Shown: positions 43,861 to 54,341, numbered from the stretch's first letter. The stretch: DNA of 64,000 nucleotides from Nitrospirota bacterium (GCA_963845065.1 CAWJQQ010000007.1:32001-96000), one strand, 5' to 3'. Notes: generated by a model from the letters alone, not told the origin. Program-made: numbers and translations.

Positions 43861-44311
43861 TGTTTTTTATACCATGGTTACCGTGAGGTGTCAAGATATT
43901 ATTATTCACTTTCAGCACAAAAATTAAATAAACTGTTGTTTACAAAATAGATATGGTCGATTCTGGGTGGAACGGGAGGTTACTCCCTTATTCCTCAGTA
44001 TGATTAAAAGTTATCTTCGATGATAATCTAGTGTTTCAATCCATCATTTTCTGCCGCGAATGAAAATCGGTTTTGCGGATTTACCTTGGCTAATTCTTTC
44101 ATTATCTCTCGGTTCCTTAAGCTCGGGTCCCTGTTGGCTATGTTCAAAGACATCTATTCGTTATTTTATTCTGACCTTTGCGATCTATCTTCACTGGCTC
44201 ACCGTGAAAAAAACTTGCCTTTAACCATGTGGCGAAGTCAAGCTCTTCAACGCTATCAGGTTAAGTAGGGATCTTTCACCATCAAGCATTTGAACGTGCT
44301 GCACAAATAAC

Positions 44312-44340
44312 AAAAGCCGCCCGAAATGATCCGGGCGGCT
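44312..44340 (-). terminator. Intrinsic terminator closing the envelope cluster
   Basis: agccgcccg...cgggcggct stem with T run on the minus strand. Confidence 0.75.
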
Positions 44341-44358
44341 CTATTTAATACGGCGTTA

Positions 44359-45117
44359 TTAAAACTGAGTTTCTTTGTCCCGCTCCTGATTCCACTTTAC
44401 CCAGTCATCAGCATCGGCCTTTGGGTCGAAATTTTCGGGTTTTGATGGCACGCCCTGTGGTGAAATGCTGATTTGCTGCATGGCCTTCACGATGGTGGTC
44501 CATTCCTCCATGGAAACCTGATGTGAAGGCGGAGGAACTTCATGGGGACCGGCAACTTCATGCGGTACTGTCATTTTTTCGATTGGACTAGAAGCACTTC
44601 TCGGTGGGTTGGCCACATATACCGAGCCATCATAGACCTTGACAATGGTGCTCTTGTCATCTTCAACGTTCACGCGGTAAACAGTGCCTCGCACGCCGGC
44701 CACGGCATTTGAGGTTCTTACTTCGACAGTGGAATCGGGTGTCATGAGCTGCTTGACCTTTGCCCATAACTTCCCGATCGAGAGTTCGGCCTTAACTTTT
44801 TTGTCATTGGTCTGCCTATTGAATGACAGCGCATTCACCTTGAAAATGGAATTCGCGGAGAGTCGCATGACCGTCCCGTCAGGAAAGTGGATCTCCATCC
44901 GTGATTTTTTAGCGACTCTCACCTCTTGTTCATTTCTGAGCGTATCCCCTTTTTTGATCAGGCGTCCGGTAGTTGCACCTTTCTCGTAGATTCGCGCAGT
45001 ACCTTGAATTAGCGTAACGACGGCGTCGTTATCGGTAGACTGACCAGCCAACACCGTCATCGCAATCAAACATACGGCCAGAACTACGATAAGGGCAAAA
45101 CCAATGCGTTTTATCAT
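44359..45117 (-). CDS. Exported FecR-domain protein
   Basis: Signal peptide; FPDGTVMRLSANS, TSNAVAGVRGT and VKVYDGSV motifs. Confidence 0.85.
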   Translation of the reverse strand: MIKRIGFALIVVLAVCLIAMTVLAGQSTDNDAVVTLIQGTARIYEKGATTGRLIKKGDTLRNEQEVRVAKKSRMEIHFPDGTVMRLSANSIFKVNALSFNRQTNDKKVKAELSIGKLWAKVKQLMTPDSTVEVRTSNAVAGVRGTVYRVNVEDDKSTIVKVYDGSVYVANPPRSASSPIEKMTVPHEVAGPHEVPPPSHQVSMEEWTTIVKAMQQISISPQGVPSKPENFDPKADADDWVKWNQERDKETQF

Positions 45118-45152
45118 ACGTCTCGTCCTTTAGATGAATGTTCTACACATTC

Positions 45153-46127
45153 TTATTTGGCGACGAATTTTACAATATCTCCCTTGCTAAAACCCATTCC
45201 CGATGTGCTTATGGCTAGTGACATGTCTTGCTTGTCACCAATATCATTTCGTTGGATCATGACTTGGCCTATTTTATCCTCAGTTGTGCCCAACTTCTGG
45301 TGTGTATCTGGATCAATGATATCTTCACCCACCTTGTACACATCGAGCCTGTCGCCGATTTTTAGGCCCGTCTTTCTCCCAGCGTTGATATAAACCCTGT
45401 TACCCGCGACCTTGGCAATCTTGCCTTTCCACGGTTGACTCTCTAGCTGTTTCATCATGTTTACCATAGCCTTGGTGAGAGCATCTCGGAGCGCACCGTC
45501 GCGAAGATCGGTGTCATAACTCGCTTTGGCGCCTAAACCGAGCGATGTGGTCACCTTCTTTTCGTAGATGCCAGCTCCCGAATCGGCCAAGAGTTGCTCT
45601 CCCGTCGTGGTATCAACAATGCGGTAATCAACCGTGACCCTTGCAATTTGTTTCTTGCTTTTTATCACAAGGTAGTCGCTTCCCTCTTCCGCCTCTGAAT
45701 ATGCTGTGATCGCACCGGTTACGATTGCATTGAGACCCAGAATCTGCCCCATTTTTGCTGCGGTGTCAGGATTGATCGCACCCGTGGCACCCATTCTTTG
45801 CTGATTCAAAATCTGCTCCATATCCTGCTGAGGGATTATGATAAAACGATCCGTCTTCTGCAGAATAGTGCCGAGTATGTCTGCTGCTGCCTCTCCGATG
45901 CCGAGAACCCTTGAAGGTGTTTTGTTCTGGAAGTTAACCACACCAACCCGGAGCTTGGGCCCCTTGTAATTCGATACGTCGCTTTCTGTTTTCAGTTCTG
46001 CGGATGTGCCAGTCACCGTCGTGTCGTTTCTCACCTGTCCGGATGTCGTTGGAGCGCAACCGGTCGAGATGAATGCAGCTAAAATAATCAGAACCCCAAT
46101 CTGTAACAACAATGAAGCTGTTTTCAT
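45153..46127 (-). CDS. CsgG/HfaB family lipoprotein with FlgT-C-like domain
   Basis: Lipobox STGC; VVNFQNKT, TAAKMGQILG and VDYRIVDTTTGE; C-terminal VYINAGRKTGLKIGD...DPDT. Confidence 0.85.
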   Translation of the reverse strand: MKTASLLLQIGVLIILAAFISTGCAPTTSGQVRNDTTVTGTSAELKTESDVSNYKGPKLRVGVVNFQNKTPSRVLGIGEAAADILGTILQKTDRFIIIPQQDMEQILNQQRMGATGAINPDTAAKMGQILGLNAIVTGAITAYSEAEEGSDYLVIKSKKQIARVTVDYRIVDTTTGEQLLADSGAGIYEKKVTTSLGLGAKASYDTDLRDGALRDALTKAMVNMMKQLESQPWKGKIAKVAGNRVYINAGRKTGLKIGDRLDVYKVGEDIIDPDTHQKLGTTEDKIGQVMIQRNDIGDKQDMSLAISTSGMGFSKGDIVKFVAK

Positions 46128-46165
46128 TCGTATGACCTCCTTAAAAGTTGTATAAACTTCCTTCA

Positions 46166-47557
46166 CTATTTTTTTGGCTGTGTTGCCATAAGATCCATGT
46201 AGCTCTGGGCCTCGGTATATCCTTCAGGTATCTCGAACAACGTGGCCGGCGGCCGCTTAAGAACTATATTTTTCAACTCCGTGGTGATGCGATAATTCTT
46301 ACCCTCCAGCTCGCTCTTGATTGTCATTCCCTCCAGTTTACGGGCATTCCAAATAAGTCCTTCATCTACCAAGCCTTCCTTGTAAAAAACTTTCACTCGA
46401 AACTTGTCTGTTAAGTAATGGTCTACCATCTCGGTGCCAATTTTGGTTTTTTCGACACGCGGTTTCTCTTGGACCACATCTTGGGGGGTATGAACGATGT
46501 ATTTCTGGACATTGGGATAGAGGGTATAACTGATTTTTTTATCGCCGCGATTGATCATAATCATCTTACCGATAGGTGACTGGGCATTTCTCGGATTTCC
46601 TTTTGACATTTTGGACAAATCCATATCCATTCTTACCTTTCTACCAGCTATTGCCAACGGCATTTCCATGGTAAAGGTATCATTCCGAATCTTATCGACT
46701 CGTGTTGAGTAGACAACCGCTGAAAAATCTCGTTTGCCCTCCCAATCCATATATCCAAACGAAGGGGGTTCCGGCATCTTAATTTTCGGCATTGGTGGTG
46801 CGACGAATATTCCCGGTGCTTGCGGCGTAGCTCCGACGACTACCGTTCCTGGCCCCCAGGGGAGATTGTCAGTTATCCGCCTGGCCAACTCCGTAGATTC
46901 GTAGTCCAAATGCTTTCCAATGGCTTTGTACACCAACTTAGTACCGAGTCCCTGGACAAAAGACTTACCGACGCTGCTATTGTCAGATGTCTTGCTCTCG
47001 ATAGTTACCCATGGTACGTCCTTGTCCCGTGCATCTGCGGCGCGCGTAAGAGCAGCGGCAGCGCTCCCTCCGGTTCCCTCCATCTTTACCTCGCTCCGTA
47101 CGCCGAGTCCCCTCGCCCACATATCCTCACCGGTGGCAGTATTCACCAGTCTAAACTTGCCTCTTACCTTCTTGACATTAATGACACCAGTTGTTGTCTC
47201 TTCGAAGTCCATGAGCGTTCCATAGAGTACGCCCTGGACACCGAGCGCTTCACCTAGTTTTTGTGCAGTCGTCAGATCTAACTGTCCGCCCAGAGTTATT
47301 CCCATTTGATCCCTGAGGATCTGATCCGTTTCCTTAGTATCCTTAACTACATATGATCGGTTTTCCAACGCCTCCACCATCTTCTGCCTCATAACGTTCG
47401 GCCCATCAACATCGTTTGTATCGTTTTTCATAGGAAGGACAGCTACGTGTTTAAGAGGGTTGTTTGAATTGTAGGGTAGCGGCGGCCGGGGAATGGCACA
47501 GCCGACAAACAGTACCCATACTCCTAGCATTACCATATATAGCATTCGTTTCATCAT
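46166..47557 (-). CDS. Lipoprotein with DUF799/CsgG-like N-terminal domain and DUF4412-like C-terminal domain
   Basis: Lipobox FVGC; VAVLPMKN and QKLGEALGVQGVLYG; Pro-rich linker; C-terminal LFEIPEGY. Confidence 0.7.
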   Translation of the reverse strand: MMKRMLYMVMLGVWVLFVGCAIPRPPLPYNSNNPLKHVAVLPMKNDTNDVDGPNVMRQKMVEALENRSYVVKDTKETDQILRDQMGITLGGQLDLTTAQKLGEALGVQGVLYGTLMDFEETTTGVINVKKVRGKFRLVNTATGEDMWARGLGVRSEVKMEGTGGSAAAALTRAADARDKDVPWVTIESKTSDNSSVGKSFVQGLGTKLVYKAIGKHLDYESTELARRITDNLPWGPGTVVVGATPQAPGIFVAPPMPKIKMPEPPSFGYMDWEGKRDFSAVVYSTRVDKIRNDTFTMEMPLAIAGRKVRMDMDLSKMSKGNPRNAQSPIGKMIMINRGDKKISYTLYPNVQKYIVHTPQDVVQEKPRVEKTKIGTEMVDHYLTDKFRVKVFYKEGLVDEGLIWNARKLEGMTIKSELEGKNYRITTELKNIVLKRPPATLFEIPEGYTEAQSYMDLMATQPKK

Positions 47558-47673
47558 TTTACAGCTCCTTTGAGTTAATACTCTTTCGTCGATGATGTAA
47601 AAAGTATATAAACCGATAATCTAATTGATAACGTATCTGAACACTTAGTCAGCAACCTGCGTGAAATAGGAAT

Positions 47674-48675
47674 TCAATAAACGATAATCACCCTGCAATA
47701 CTGAAGAAAATCTCCCTTGCCTCCTAGTTGTTTGAGCGTCTGCGCGTCGGCTTGGCTCACGACGATGTCGGTCCTAGCCGTGCCAGAAGCGCGCAGCCCC
47801 TTGATTACTGCAGGATTATCAGTCACCCTGAAATTATTCGCGGCGGCATTGACATCCTTGGCGTAACCCGCAACGCCCTGGTCTACTGCATTGGTTCTTG
47901 TGACCACATGGCCTACATAGAGCTCCTGTCCTTGGGGATCGATGATCTTTGGCAGGAGCGCGGGACGCAATCCCAATCCCCTGCCATCAATCACTAAGCC
48001 GGTGGCAGTACCCCCTTTAAATATCGTCGTAGATTCGCCGGGTGAGGACGGCGCAGGTATGGGAGGTTCCGCATTCTTTTCCGGCAGAGAGGGCACCGTA
48101 GTAGGAGGCGGCAGCAATTTTGACGGCTCTTCAGGCCCTTTTGTAGTCGGAGCAATTGACGGTCTTGGAGGCTGCGGCGTCGGTGTCATTCTCTGAGGCA
48201 TTGGAGATGATAACGGTCTTCCGAAGGTTTCTGGAACGATAGCATCCAGGAGCGCGCCTTTCATGGGCATAGCTACGAGCACCTCCACAGACCCATCCGA
48301 CATGTATTGAGTTTTGACAATTCGTGCTCCTCTTACTATCCCATTAACACGTGTGTTGATCACGTCGCTTTTAACCATGAAGTTCTCGACCACCGATGCG
48401 GAATCAACCCTAATGCCTCTCACAATTTCGAGGAGATTTCTAATGGCAACGACAAATGCGGCCCTCTCTGTCATGGCGCGAGCCTGTGCAGCATTTATCG
48501 ATTGTGAAGGAGGCGCGCCGATCCCTGTTGCAAATACCTCACCGCTGGTCCAGTTGATCTGCCCCGAGCCGGCTGCTTCAATAGCATCGCCTGGATTTCC
48601 GATCTGGGCAAAAACAACTCCAGGAACAATGCAGCAGACGAGAAGCATGAATATGGGTCTAATTATTTTTTTCAT
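47674..48675 (-). CDS. Exported LPP20-like protein with Pro-rich linker
   Basis: Signal peptide VFA; paralogue of 51462-52325 (GIGAPP...AAQARAM, TGLVIDGRGL). Confidence 0.75.
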   Translation of the reverse strand: MKKIIRPIFMLLVCCIVPGVVFAQIGNPGDAIEAAGSGQINWTSGEVFATGIGAPPSQSINAAQARAMTERAAFVVAIRNLLEIVRGIRVDSASVVENFMVKSDVINTRVNGIVRGARIVKTQYMSDGSVEVLVAMPMKGALLDAIVPETFGRPLSSPMPQRMTPTPQPPRPSIAPTTKGPEEPSKLLPPPTTVPSLPEKNAEPPIPAPSSPGESTTIFKGGTATGLVIDGRGLGLRPALLPKIIDPQGQELYVGHVVTRTNAVDQGVAGYAKDVNAAANNFRVTDNPAVIKGLRASGTARTDIVVSQADAQTLKQLGGKGDFLQYCRVIIVY

Positions 48676-48777
48676 CAAGAACCTCAAAAAATTGTCAGCC
48701 TTTAGTTGAGAGAGAATAAATTATCTACGGCGACATGTGAAGGGATTAACACGCTCTGTTCTATCATAGCATCAAAA

Positions 48778-50166
48778 CTATTTTACCACAAAATCCGATA
48801 CTGTATCTTTTCCAACTTCGACGTTTACCGTGCGAGAAATTTCCTTGTCGCCGATTACTGCAGAAACCTTGTATTGGCCAGGAGTTAGCCCCTCGATCTT
48901 ATATGTTCCATCGCGGTCGATCGAAACACCGTAGCTGGTGTTTCCGTCTCGATAAAATACATCGCCATCCTGAACAGGCCTGCCGCCAGCATCAATTACT
49001 TTGCCCTTGATCACACCACCGGGTTGGAGGGAAAAGTTTAGCCGATATACCTGTCCTGGCTCGACGCGAAGCTCCTGAGAGGACTTCGCAAATCCGGGCC
49101 CCTTGAGCTCCACTCGATACACGCCTGCAGCCGTCACGGCTGCAGCGAATCTGCCGTCGGAAAAAGGTGTCGGCGTGCCCCTGCCGTCTTTCCAGAGCAC
49201 CAAGGAACCTGCCGGCACGGCAACCCCCGCTTTATCGGTCACACGTCCGGTCACGAGCGCAGAATGCTGACGCTCATCAAGTCTTCGTCCAAGCCGGTTT
49301 TCCCTTGGAAGCGGCAATTCGTCGACCATAACGGTCTTGTCATCTACTTTGAAGATAGTATAGAATGTTGCCTTGTCGACCTCGAGATATCCGCCGGTGT
49401 AGGCGCCGGGCATTTCCATGCCGTCGAGACGGAGAAGAATGTGAAAGGGATCTACGAAATGATGAGAATGCTCAGCATCGGAGAATACCCAACCCGTGTC
49501 CGGATAATATAGTTCAAGGTAGGCATGGAAGCCGCCGTCATTCACTTTTACGCCCCAGTAATCCTTCGAAAAACCCCACTCATAACCCGGGGGTAAATAG
49601 CCGTGCGCTACACGTGCGGGTATGCCGGCAGCACGCAAGAGGGCCACAGCGAGGTTGGAGTAACCGACGCAGTACGCTTTTTTGAAGCTGAGCGCAGAGA
49701 TCGCATCAGTTGGGACTGTAATACTGTTATCAAATGTGAGGTAGTCCGCTATCCAAGACAAGATGGCGTTTGCAGCTTCATGTGCATACCTACTTCCTTT
49801 GGTAATTTCCCAAGCTAAATGCTCAATCCTCGGGTCCTGCGACTGCCTGTCTCGGTCTGGCATGAGATATTGAGTGACCGATGCGGGTAACGCTCCGGGC
49901 GCGATAGGGAATGGGACCCGAGTTTTTAAAGGTCCCATCTTCGAGGTGACCTGAACACGCTTACTGAACTCATCTAGATTCGTCACTTTTTGTTCGAAGG
50001 ACTCATTCGCATAATCGGGTATAAATGCAACGCCCCGTGGATTTACAATATCATAGACGACTGTATGTTCTCCATCAAGCACCTTGAGATCGGCAACAAC
50101 GCCGGATGGATGTAAGAGGAGCAAAGCAAATATGGTGGCTGCTAATAATTTGTTCATAATTTGCAT
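48778..50166 (-). CDS. Exported transglutaminase-like protein with two carboxypeptidase-regulatory-like domains
   Basis: Signal peptide; CVGYSN, LLRAAGIPAR, HAYLE and WVFSD give a Cys-His-Asp triad; C-terminal GRVTD/GKVID beta-sandwich repeats. Confidence 0.85.
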   Translation of the reverse strand: MQIMNKLLAATIFALLLLHPSGVVADLKVLDGEHTVVYDIVNPRGVAFIPDYANESFEQKVTNLDEFSKRVQVTSKMGPLKTRVPFPIAPGALPASVTQYLMPDRDRQSQDPRIEHLAWEITKGSRYAHEAANAILSWIADYLTFDNSITVPTDAISALSFKKAYCVGYSNLAVALLRAAGIPARVAHGYLPPGYEWGFSKDYWGVKVNDGGFHAYLELYYPDTGWVFSDAEHSHHFVDPFHILLRLDGMEMPGAYTGGYLEVDKATFYTIFKVDDKTVMVDELPLPRENRLGRRLDERQHSALVTGRVTDKAGVAVPAGSLVLWKDGRGTPTPFSDGRFAAAVTAAGVYRVELKGPGFAKSSQELRVEPGQVYRLNFSLQPGGVIKGKVIDAGGRPVQDGDVFYRDGNTSYGVSIDRDGTYKIEGLTPGQYKVSAVIGDKEISRTVNVEVGKDTVSDFVVK

Positions 50167-50167
50167 C

Positions 50168-50199
50168 AAAAAAGCCCGCTCCAGTTAGGTGAAGCGGGC
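50168..50199 (-). terminator. Terminator-like hairpin inside the envelope cluster
   Basis: gcccgct...agcgggc stem plus T6 on the minus strand, abutting the next start codon. Confidence 0.6.
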
Positions 50200-50213
50200 A
50201 CTTTGTCACCTAG

Positions 50214-51392
50214 CTAGAATTTAAGTTGGTTTTTAAACTCACGAATTGCAAGGAGGGCATCAGCGCCCGAAACAGTATCCCCGGCATTGAATTCTCCAGT
50301 TGCTTTATCGGCTTCCAGAAATCCCCGAGACGTTACTGTCATGATCGCATTGAACGCATAGTAGTCATTTCGGACATCAGGAAACGGTGATGTTGCACCT
50401 ATGAACTTTGTTGCCAGTTTTTCGTCACCAGTCACCTTAATCAAGATATCTTCCAGCATGAGGGCAAACTCGCCTTTGGTGATGATTTTTCCAGGTTCGA
50501 ATTTATGATTCGGCCCCGCTTCGAGCCCTCGAACCTGAAGCTTGAGTATGGTTTCTATGCTTGATCTGAGCCAGTTGTCAGCGATGTCCGTAGCGGGCTC
50601 CATCTTTACCGTTGTATCTGGAGAAAACCGGGTAGAAGACTCTGTCGGTGCCTTAAAAGTCGTGTCATAAGTTTTCGTTCCGCGTTTAGTGAAGAGTTTC
50701 TCAAGATTCATTTCCTGATCGAAGAGCGCAGCGACATCGGCACGATCAATCTTGTCGATCAAGGCGATCTTCTTTCCGATTTCACTTCCCGGGGCAGCAC
50801 GCTGAATTTTTTGGATCACAGCCCATTCCGCATTGGCTTCACCGACATAGTCTTGGTTGATGTCAAGAACGACGCGGAACATGTTCGCTGCCTTGTCGAA
50901 ATCGAGCGCCATCTTGTAACACATTCCCATATAGAAATGCAACCGTGGGTTATTCGGTTCCTTCTTATTGGCTGACTTGAATTCCTTCTCGGCCTTATTT
51001 ACCAGCTCACTTACCTGGTTCTGTTCCTTGGCCATCTGCAATCCATAGAGCCTGATCATGCCAACACGTGCTTCGATACCTTTGGTTTCATAGCCCTTTG
51101 CTTTTTCCATATTTTCAAAAGCTTGCTTAAAATCACCATTCTTTCCCAGGACCAGACCTTTCCCGATGTAACCAAGTGACGATTTTGGATCGAGAGCGAT
51201 AGCTCGATCGAATTCTCGCATTGCATCATCTAGCCTGTCTGCATCCATCAACTTCAGCCCCTCTTTATAATGGTATTCAGGTGTATCCATGATCGATGTG
51301 GACGGTGCTGCTTTCGGTCCGCAACCGTTAATCGAAGCTACCAGGAACAGCACTACCAGAACCACCATGAGGCGTTTGATCTGCGTAATCAT
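50214..51392 (-). CDS. TPR + S-layer homology (SLH) domain lipoprotein
   Basis: Lipobox INGC; TPR repeats; SLH-like TDIADNW...FEPGKIITKGEFA and FPDV...FNAGDTVSGADAL. Confidence 0.85.
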   Translation of the reverse strand: MITQIKRLMVVLVVLFLVASINGCGPKAAPSTSIMDTPEYHYKEGLKLMDADRLDDAMREFDRAIALDPKSSLGYIGKGLVLGKNGDFKQAFENMEKAKGYETKGIEARVGMIRLYGLQMAKEQNQVSELVNKAEKEFKSANKKEPNNPRLHFYMGMCYKMALDFDKAANMFRVVLDINQDYVGEANAEWAVIQKIQRAAPGSEIGKKIALIDKIDRADVAALFDQEMNLEKLFTKRGTKTYDTTFKAPTESSTRFSPDTTVKMEPATDIADNWLRSSIETILKLQVRGLEAGPNHKFEPGKIITKGEFALMLEDILIKVTGDEKLATKFIGATSPFPDVRNDYYAFNAIMTVTSRGFLEADKATGEFNAGDTVSGADALLAIREFKNQLKF

Positions 51393-51461
51393 TCGCTACC
51401 TCCAATAGATATTCTCAGGATCGGCCGCCGGGAAGCATGGTATTCCCAAACAGGCCGTAAA

Positions 51462-52325
51462 CTAATCAACCAGGATGATCACTCTGCATTTTTCGAGCAT
51501 GCTCAGATTCTGAGAGGCGCTCTGGAGTGCTGCGGCATCTGCGTTGCTGATAACCGTGTCTACGCGTGCATCGCCGGATACTTTGATTGCTTTCACTATC
51601 ATCGGTTTGTCCGTAACGCGGGGGTTTGTCTGAGCAGCTGCCGGATCCTTTAGATACCCGACCATGCCTTCTCGTACAGCATAGTCCCTATTGATCCATG
51701 CCGACCCGTACACTTCTTTGCCATCTTCATTCAGGATTTTCGGCGCCATGGCTGGCCTTACGCCGAGTCCCCTTGCATCGACGATCAAACCTGTATAGAG
51801 CTGACCCTGTGCTTGTGGTGTCCCACCAGGAATTGTTGCAAGTGTCGGCGGCATTGCAGATCCCTTAGGTAAAAGGGTGTCAGCAAGAGCGCCCGTAATC
51901 CTCATCCCAATCGTGACCTCTACTGAACCGTCAGACATGTATTTTTTATCGATAGGCATTGCACCTTGGATAAAACCACTCACTTCCGTTTTGATGATAT
52001 CGCTGGACACCATGAAATTCTCCACGGTCGTAGTAGAATCTACTGTAACTCCTTTTACTGCTTCAAGCAGGTTCCGCAAGGCAACTACCTGCGCTGCCCG
52101 TTCTGCCATTGCCCGCGCTTGAGCGGCATTTGCAGATTGAGCAGGAGGCGCACCGATTCCTACAGCCGTAATCATACCTGTGGTCCAGTCAACCTTCCCT
52201 GTTGAGCCTACCGACTGTTCAACATCCGAGACTGTGCCTGCTAGTTGAGCTGATGCGATGCCCGCAACAACCATCAGCAGAGCCGCACAAATGAGTGCTA
52301 AAATGACCGATTTCTTCAACAACAT
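51462..52325 (-). CDS. Exported LPP20-like protein
   Basis: Signal peptide ASA; VDWTTG, ALRNLLEAVKGV and YTGLIVDARGL motifs; RBS aggagg. Confidence 0.78.
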   Translation of the reverse strand: MLLKKSVILALICAALLMVVAGIASAQLAGTVSDVEQSVGSTGKVDWTTGMITAVGIGAPPAQSANAAQARAMAERAAQVVALRNLLEAVKGVTVDSTTTVENFMVSSDIIKTEVSGFIQGAMPIDKKYMSDGSVEVTIGMRITGALADTLLPKGSAMPPTLATIPGGTPQAQGQLYTGLIVDARGLGVRPAMAPKILNEDGKEVYGSAWINRDYAVREGMVGYLKDPAAAQTNPRVTDKPMIVKAIKVSGDARVDTVISNADAAALQSASQNLSMLEKCRVIILVD

Positions 52326-52707
52326 GGTAAACCTCCTTTTTTCTAAAATAGTGATGTATTTTTTTTAAGTGGATGTGTCAAACTCGAGAGAATAACGTTT
52401 TTACCTCTGTTAAGTCCGTGTACGAGATATAGTTAATTCTTAACAATAACAAAAAAAAGCCGTTTCAGTCAAGGTAATATTCACATCAAGAAGTGCCACG
52501 TGTATGTAGTCAGAGCAAGTTAGGGTCTTCTCTGTAAATGCGTGGAAAAGTAAGACGTTTTTTCGAGTTGTGCTAAATTTTTAAAACTATACCTAAGCAT
52601 CGCGTAATTGTCAAAATTATGAAACCTTTATATCAACCAAAAATAGAAATGTCCGGTTTTAGGAATCCAAGTTAGGTTATTCCCTTGTTCTTCGATTTCA
52701 ATAACTT

Positions 52708-54255
52708 TCATGGGTTCGGCACGATGAGGCTCTTCCCAGTCATTTCCGTTGGGATACTGATCCCCATCAGATCGAGGACCGTTGGAGCAACGTCTGCTAG
52801 AATTCCACTTTTTCTGAGCTTTAGTTTCTTGGTCGAGACGACAAAGGGAACGGGGTCAGTCGTGTGTGCCGTATGAGGCTGGCCCGTCGTCTGATCGGAC
52901 ATCATTTCGATATTTCCGTGGTCGGCGGTAATAAGCACGTGTGCCTCGGCCTGTTCAGCTGCACGCAGCACGCGTCCCAGACATTCGTCGATCACTTCTA
53001 CTGCCTTTACAGCAGCACTAAGAATCCCAGTATGGCCGACCATGTCCGGGTTAGCATAGTTTACAAGGATGAACCCGTATCTGTTCGATGTGATGCGTTC
53101 TACAAGCTTATTAGTGATTTCCCGAGCGCTCATTTCTGGCTTTTGATCATATGTGGCGACATCGCGCGGCGAGGGAACCAAAACTCGATCCTCTAGCGGA
53201 AAGGGCGGCTCTTCTCCACCGTTAAAAAAAAAGGTGACATGAGCATATTTTTCCGTCTCAGCAATACGTAGCTGCTGAACGCCTCGATTGCTCAGAACTT
53301 CACCGAGGATATGTGTCAGGCGTATCGGCCTGAAAGCAACAGGGAGATCGAATGTTGCATCATAAGTCGTAAGGCACACAAACATCGAAAGTTTCGGTAT
53401 CAACGGGCGTTTGAAACCCTTGAACTCAGGGTCGGTCATTGCCCTGGTTATCTCCCGTGCACGGTCGGAGCGGAAATTGCAGAAGATGACCACATCGCTA
53501 TTCCGGACCGTGGCAACCTGTTTGCCTGTTTTCTTGTCGATTAGCACAGCGGGGAGCATGAATTCGTCTGTACGATCGTGTTCGTAGCTCTGTTGTATTG
53601 CCTCAACAGCGGAAAATTTCCGGATGCCTTCACCAGTTATAATGGCATCATAGGCTTTCTGAATACGCTCCCATCGCTTATCGCGATCCATGGCGTAATA
53701 TCGGCCAGAGACTGTTGCAATCTTGCCGATGCCGATTTTGGAGAAATGTTCTTCCATGTGTTTGACATATTGGATTGCGCTGGACGGTGGCGTATCTCGT
53801 CCGTCAAGAAAGGCATGAAAAAAAACTTTTGTGACCCCTTGAGCTTTCGCCATATCTAGCATCGCTAAAATATGGTCCATCCTGCTGTGTACGCCTCCAT
53901 CCGACAAAAGCCCCATGAGGTGAAGTGACGTCTGTTTTTCCTTGACAGTCAGCATGGCAGAGAGCAGTACGGGATTTTGAAAAAAATCATTGTCACGAAT
54001 CGCTTTACTAATGCGCGTCGAGTCCTGGTAGACGATCCTCCCCGCTCCTAGGTTTAAGTGACCGACTTCGGAATTGCCCATCTGGCCATCAGGCAAACCG
54101 ACAGCCTCGCCCGCCGCCAAAAGCTCTGTATGTGGGTATTCGGCGATGAGGTTTTTATATATTGGAGCCTTCGCTTCTGCTATTGCGTTTCCCTTAATAT
54201 TCTTGTTAACGCCCCAACCATCCAGGACAAGCAACACTACCGGTGTGATCGCCAT
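52708..54255 (-). CDS. gpmI: 2,3-bisphosphoglycerate-independent phosphoglycerate mutase
   Basis: LDGWG, GNSEVGH, SDGGVHS, AETEKYAHVT and DMVGHTG motifs. Confidence 0.97.
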   Translation of the reverse strand: MAITPVVLLVLDGWGVNKNIKGNAIAEAKAPIYKNLIAEYPHTELLAAGEAVGLPDGQMGNSEVGHLNLGAGRIVYQDSTRISKAIRDNDFFQNPVLLSAMLTVKEKQTSLHLMGLLSDGGVHSRMDHILAMLDMAKAQGVTKVFFHAFLDGRDTPPSSAIQYVKHMEEHFSKIGIGKIATVSGRYYAMDRDKRWERIQKAYDAIITGEGIRKFSAVEAIQQSYEHDRTDEFMLPAVLIDKKTGKQVATVRNSDVVIFCNFRSDRAREITRAMTDPEFKGFKRPLIPKLSMFVCLTTYDATFDLPVAFRPIRLTHILGEVLSNRGVQQLRIAETEKYAHVTFFFNGGEEPPFPLEDRVLVPSPRDVATYDQKPEMSAREITNKLVERITSNRYGFILVNYANPDMVGHTGILSAAVKAVEVIDECLGRVLRAAEQAEAHVLITADHGNIEMMSDQTTGQPHTAHTTDPVPFVVSTKKLKLRKSGILADVAPTVLDLMGISIPTEMTGKSLIVPNP

Positions 54256-54341
54256 GCAAACTCCTTACAGAAAAAAATCAACAATACTGAAATTAATATG
54301 TGCAAGACTACCCAAGCCCTGAAACGTTTGATTTTTCTGGA

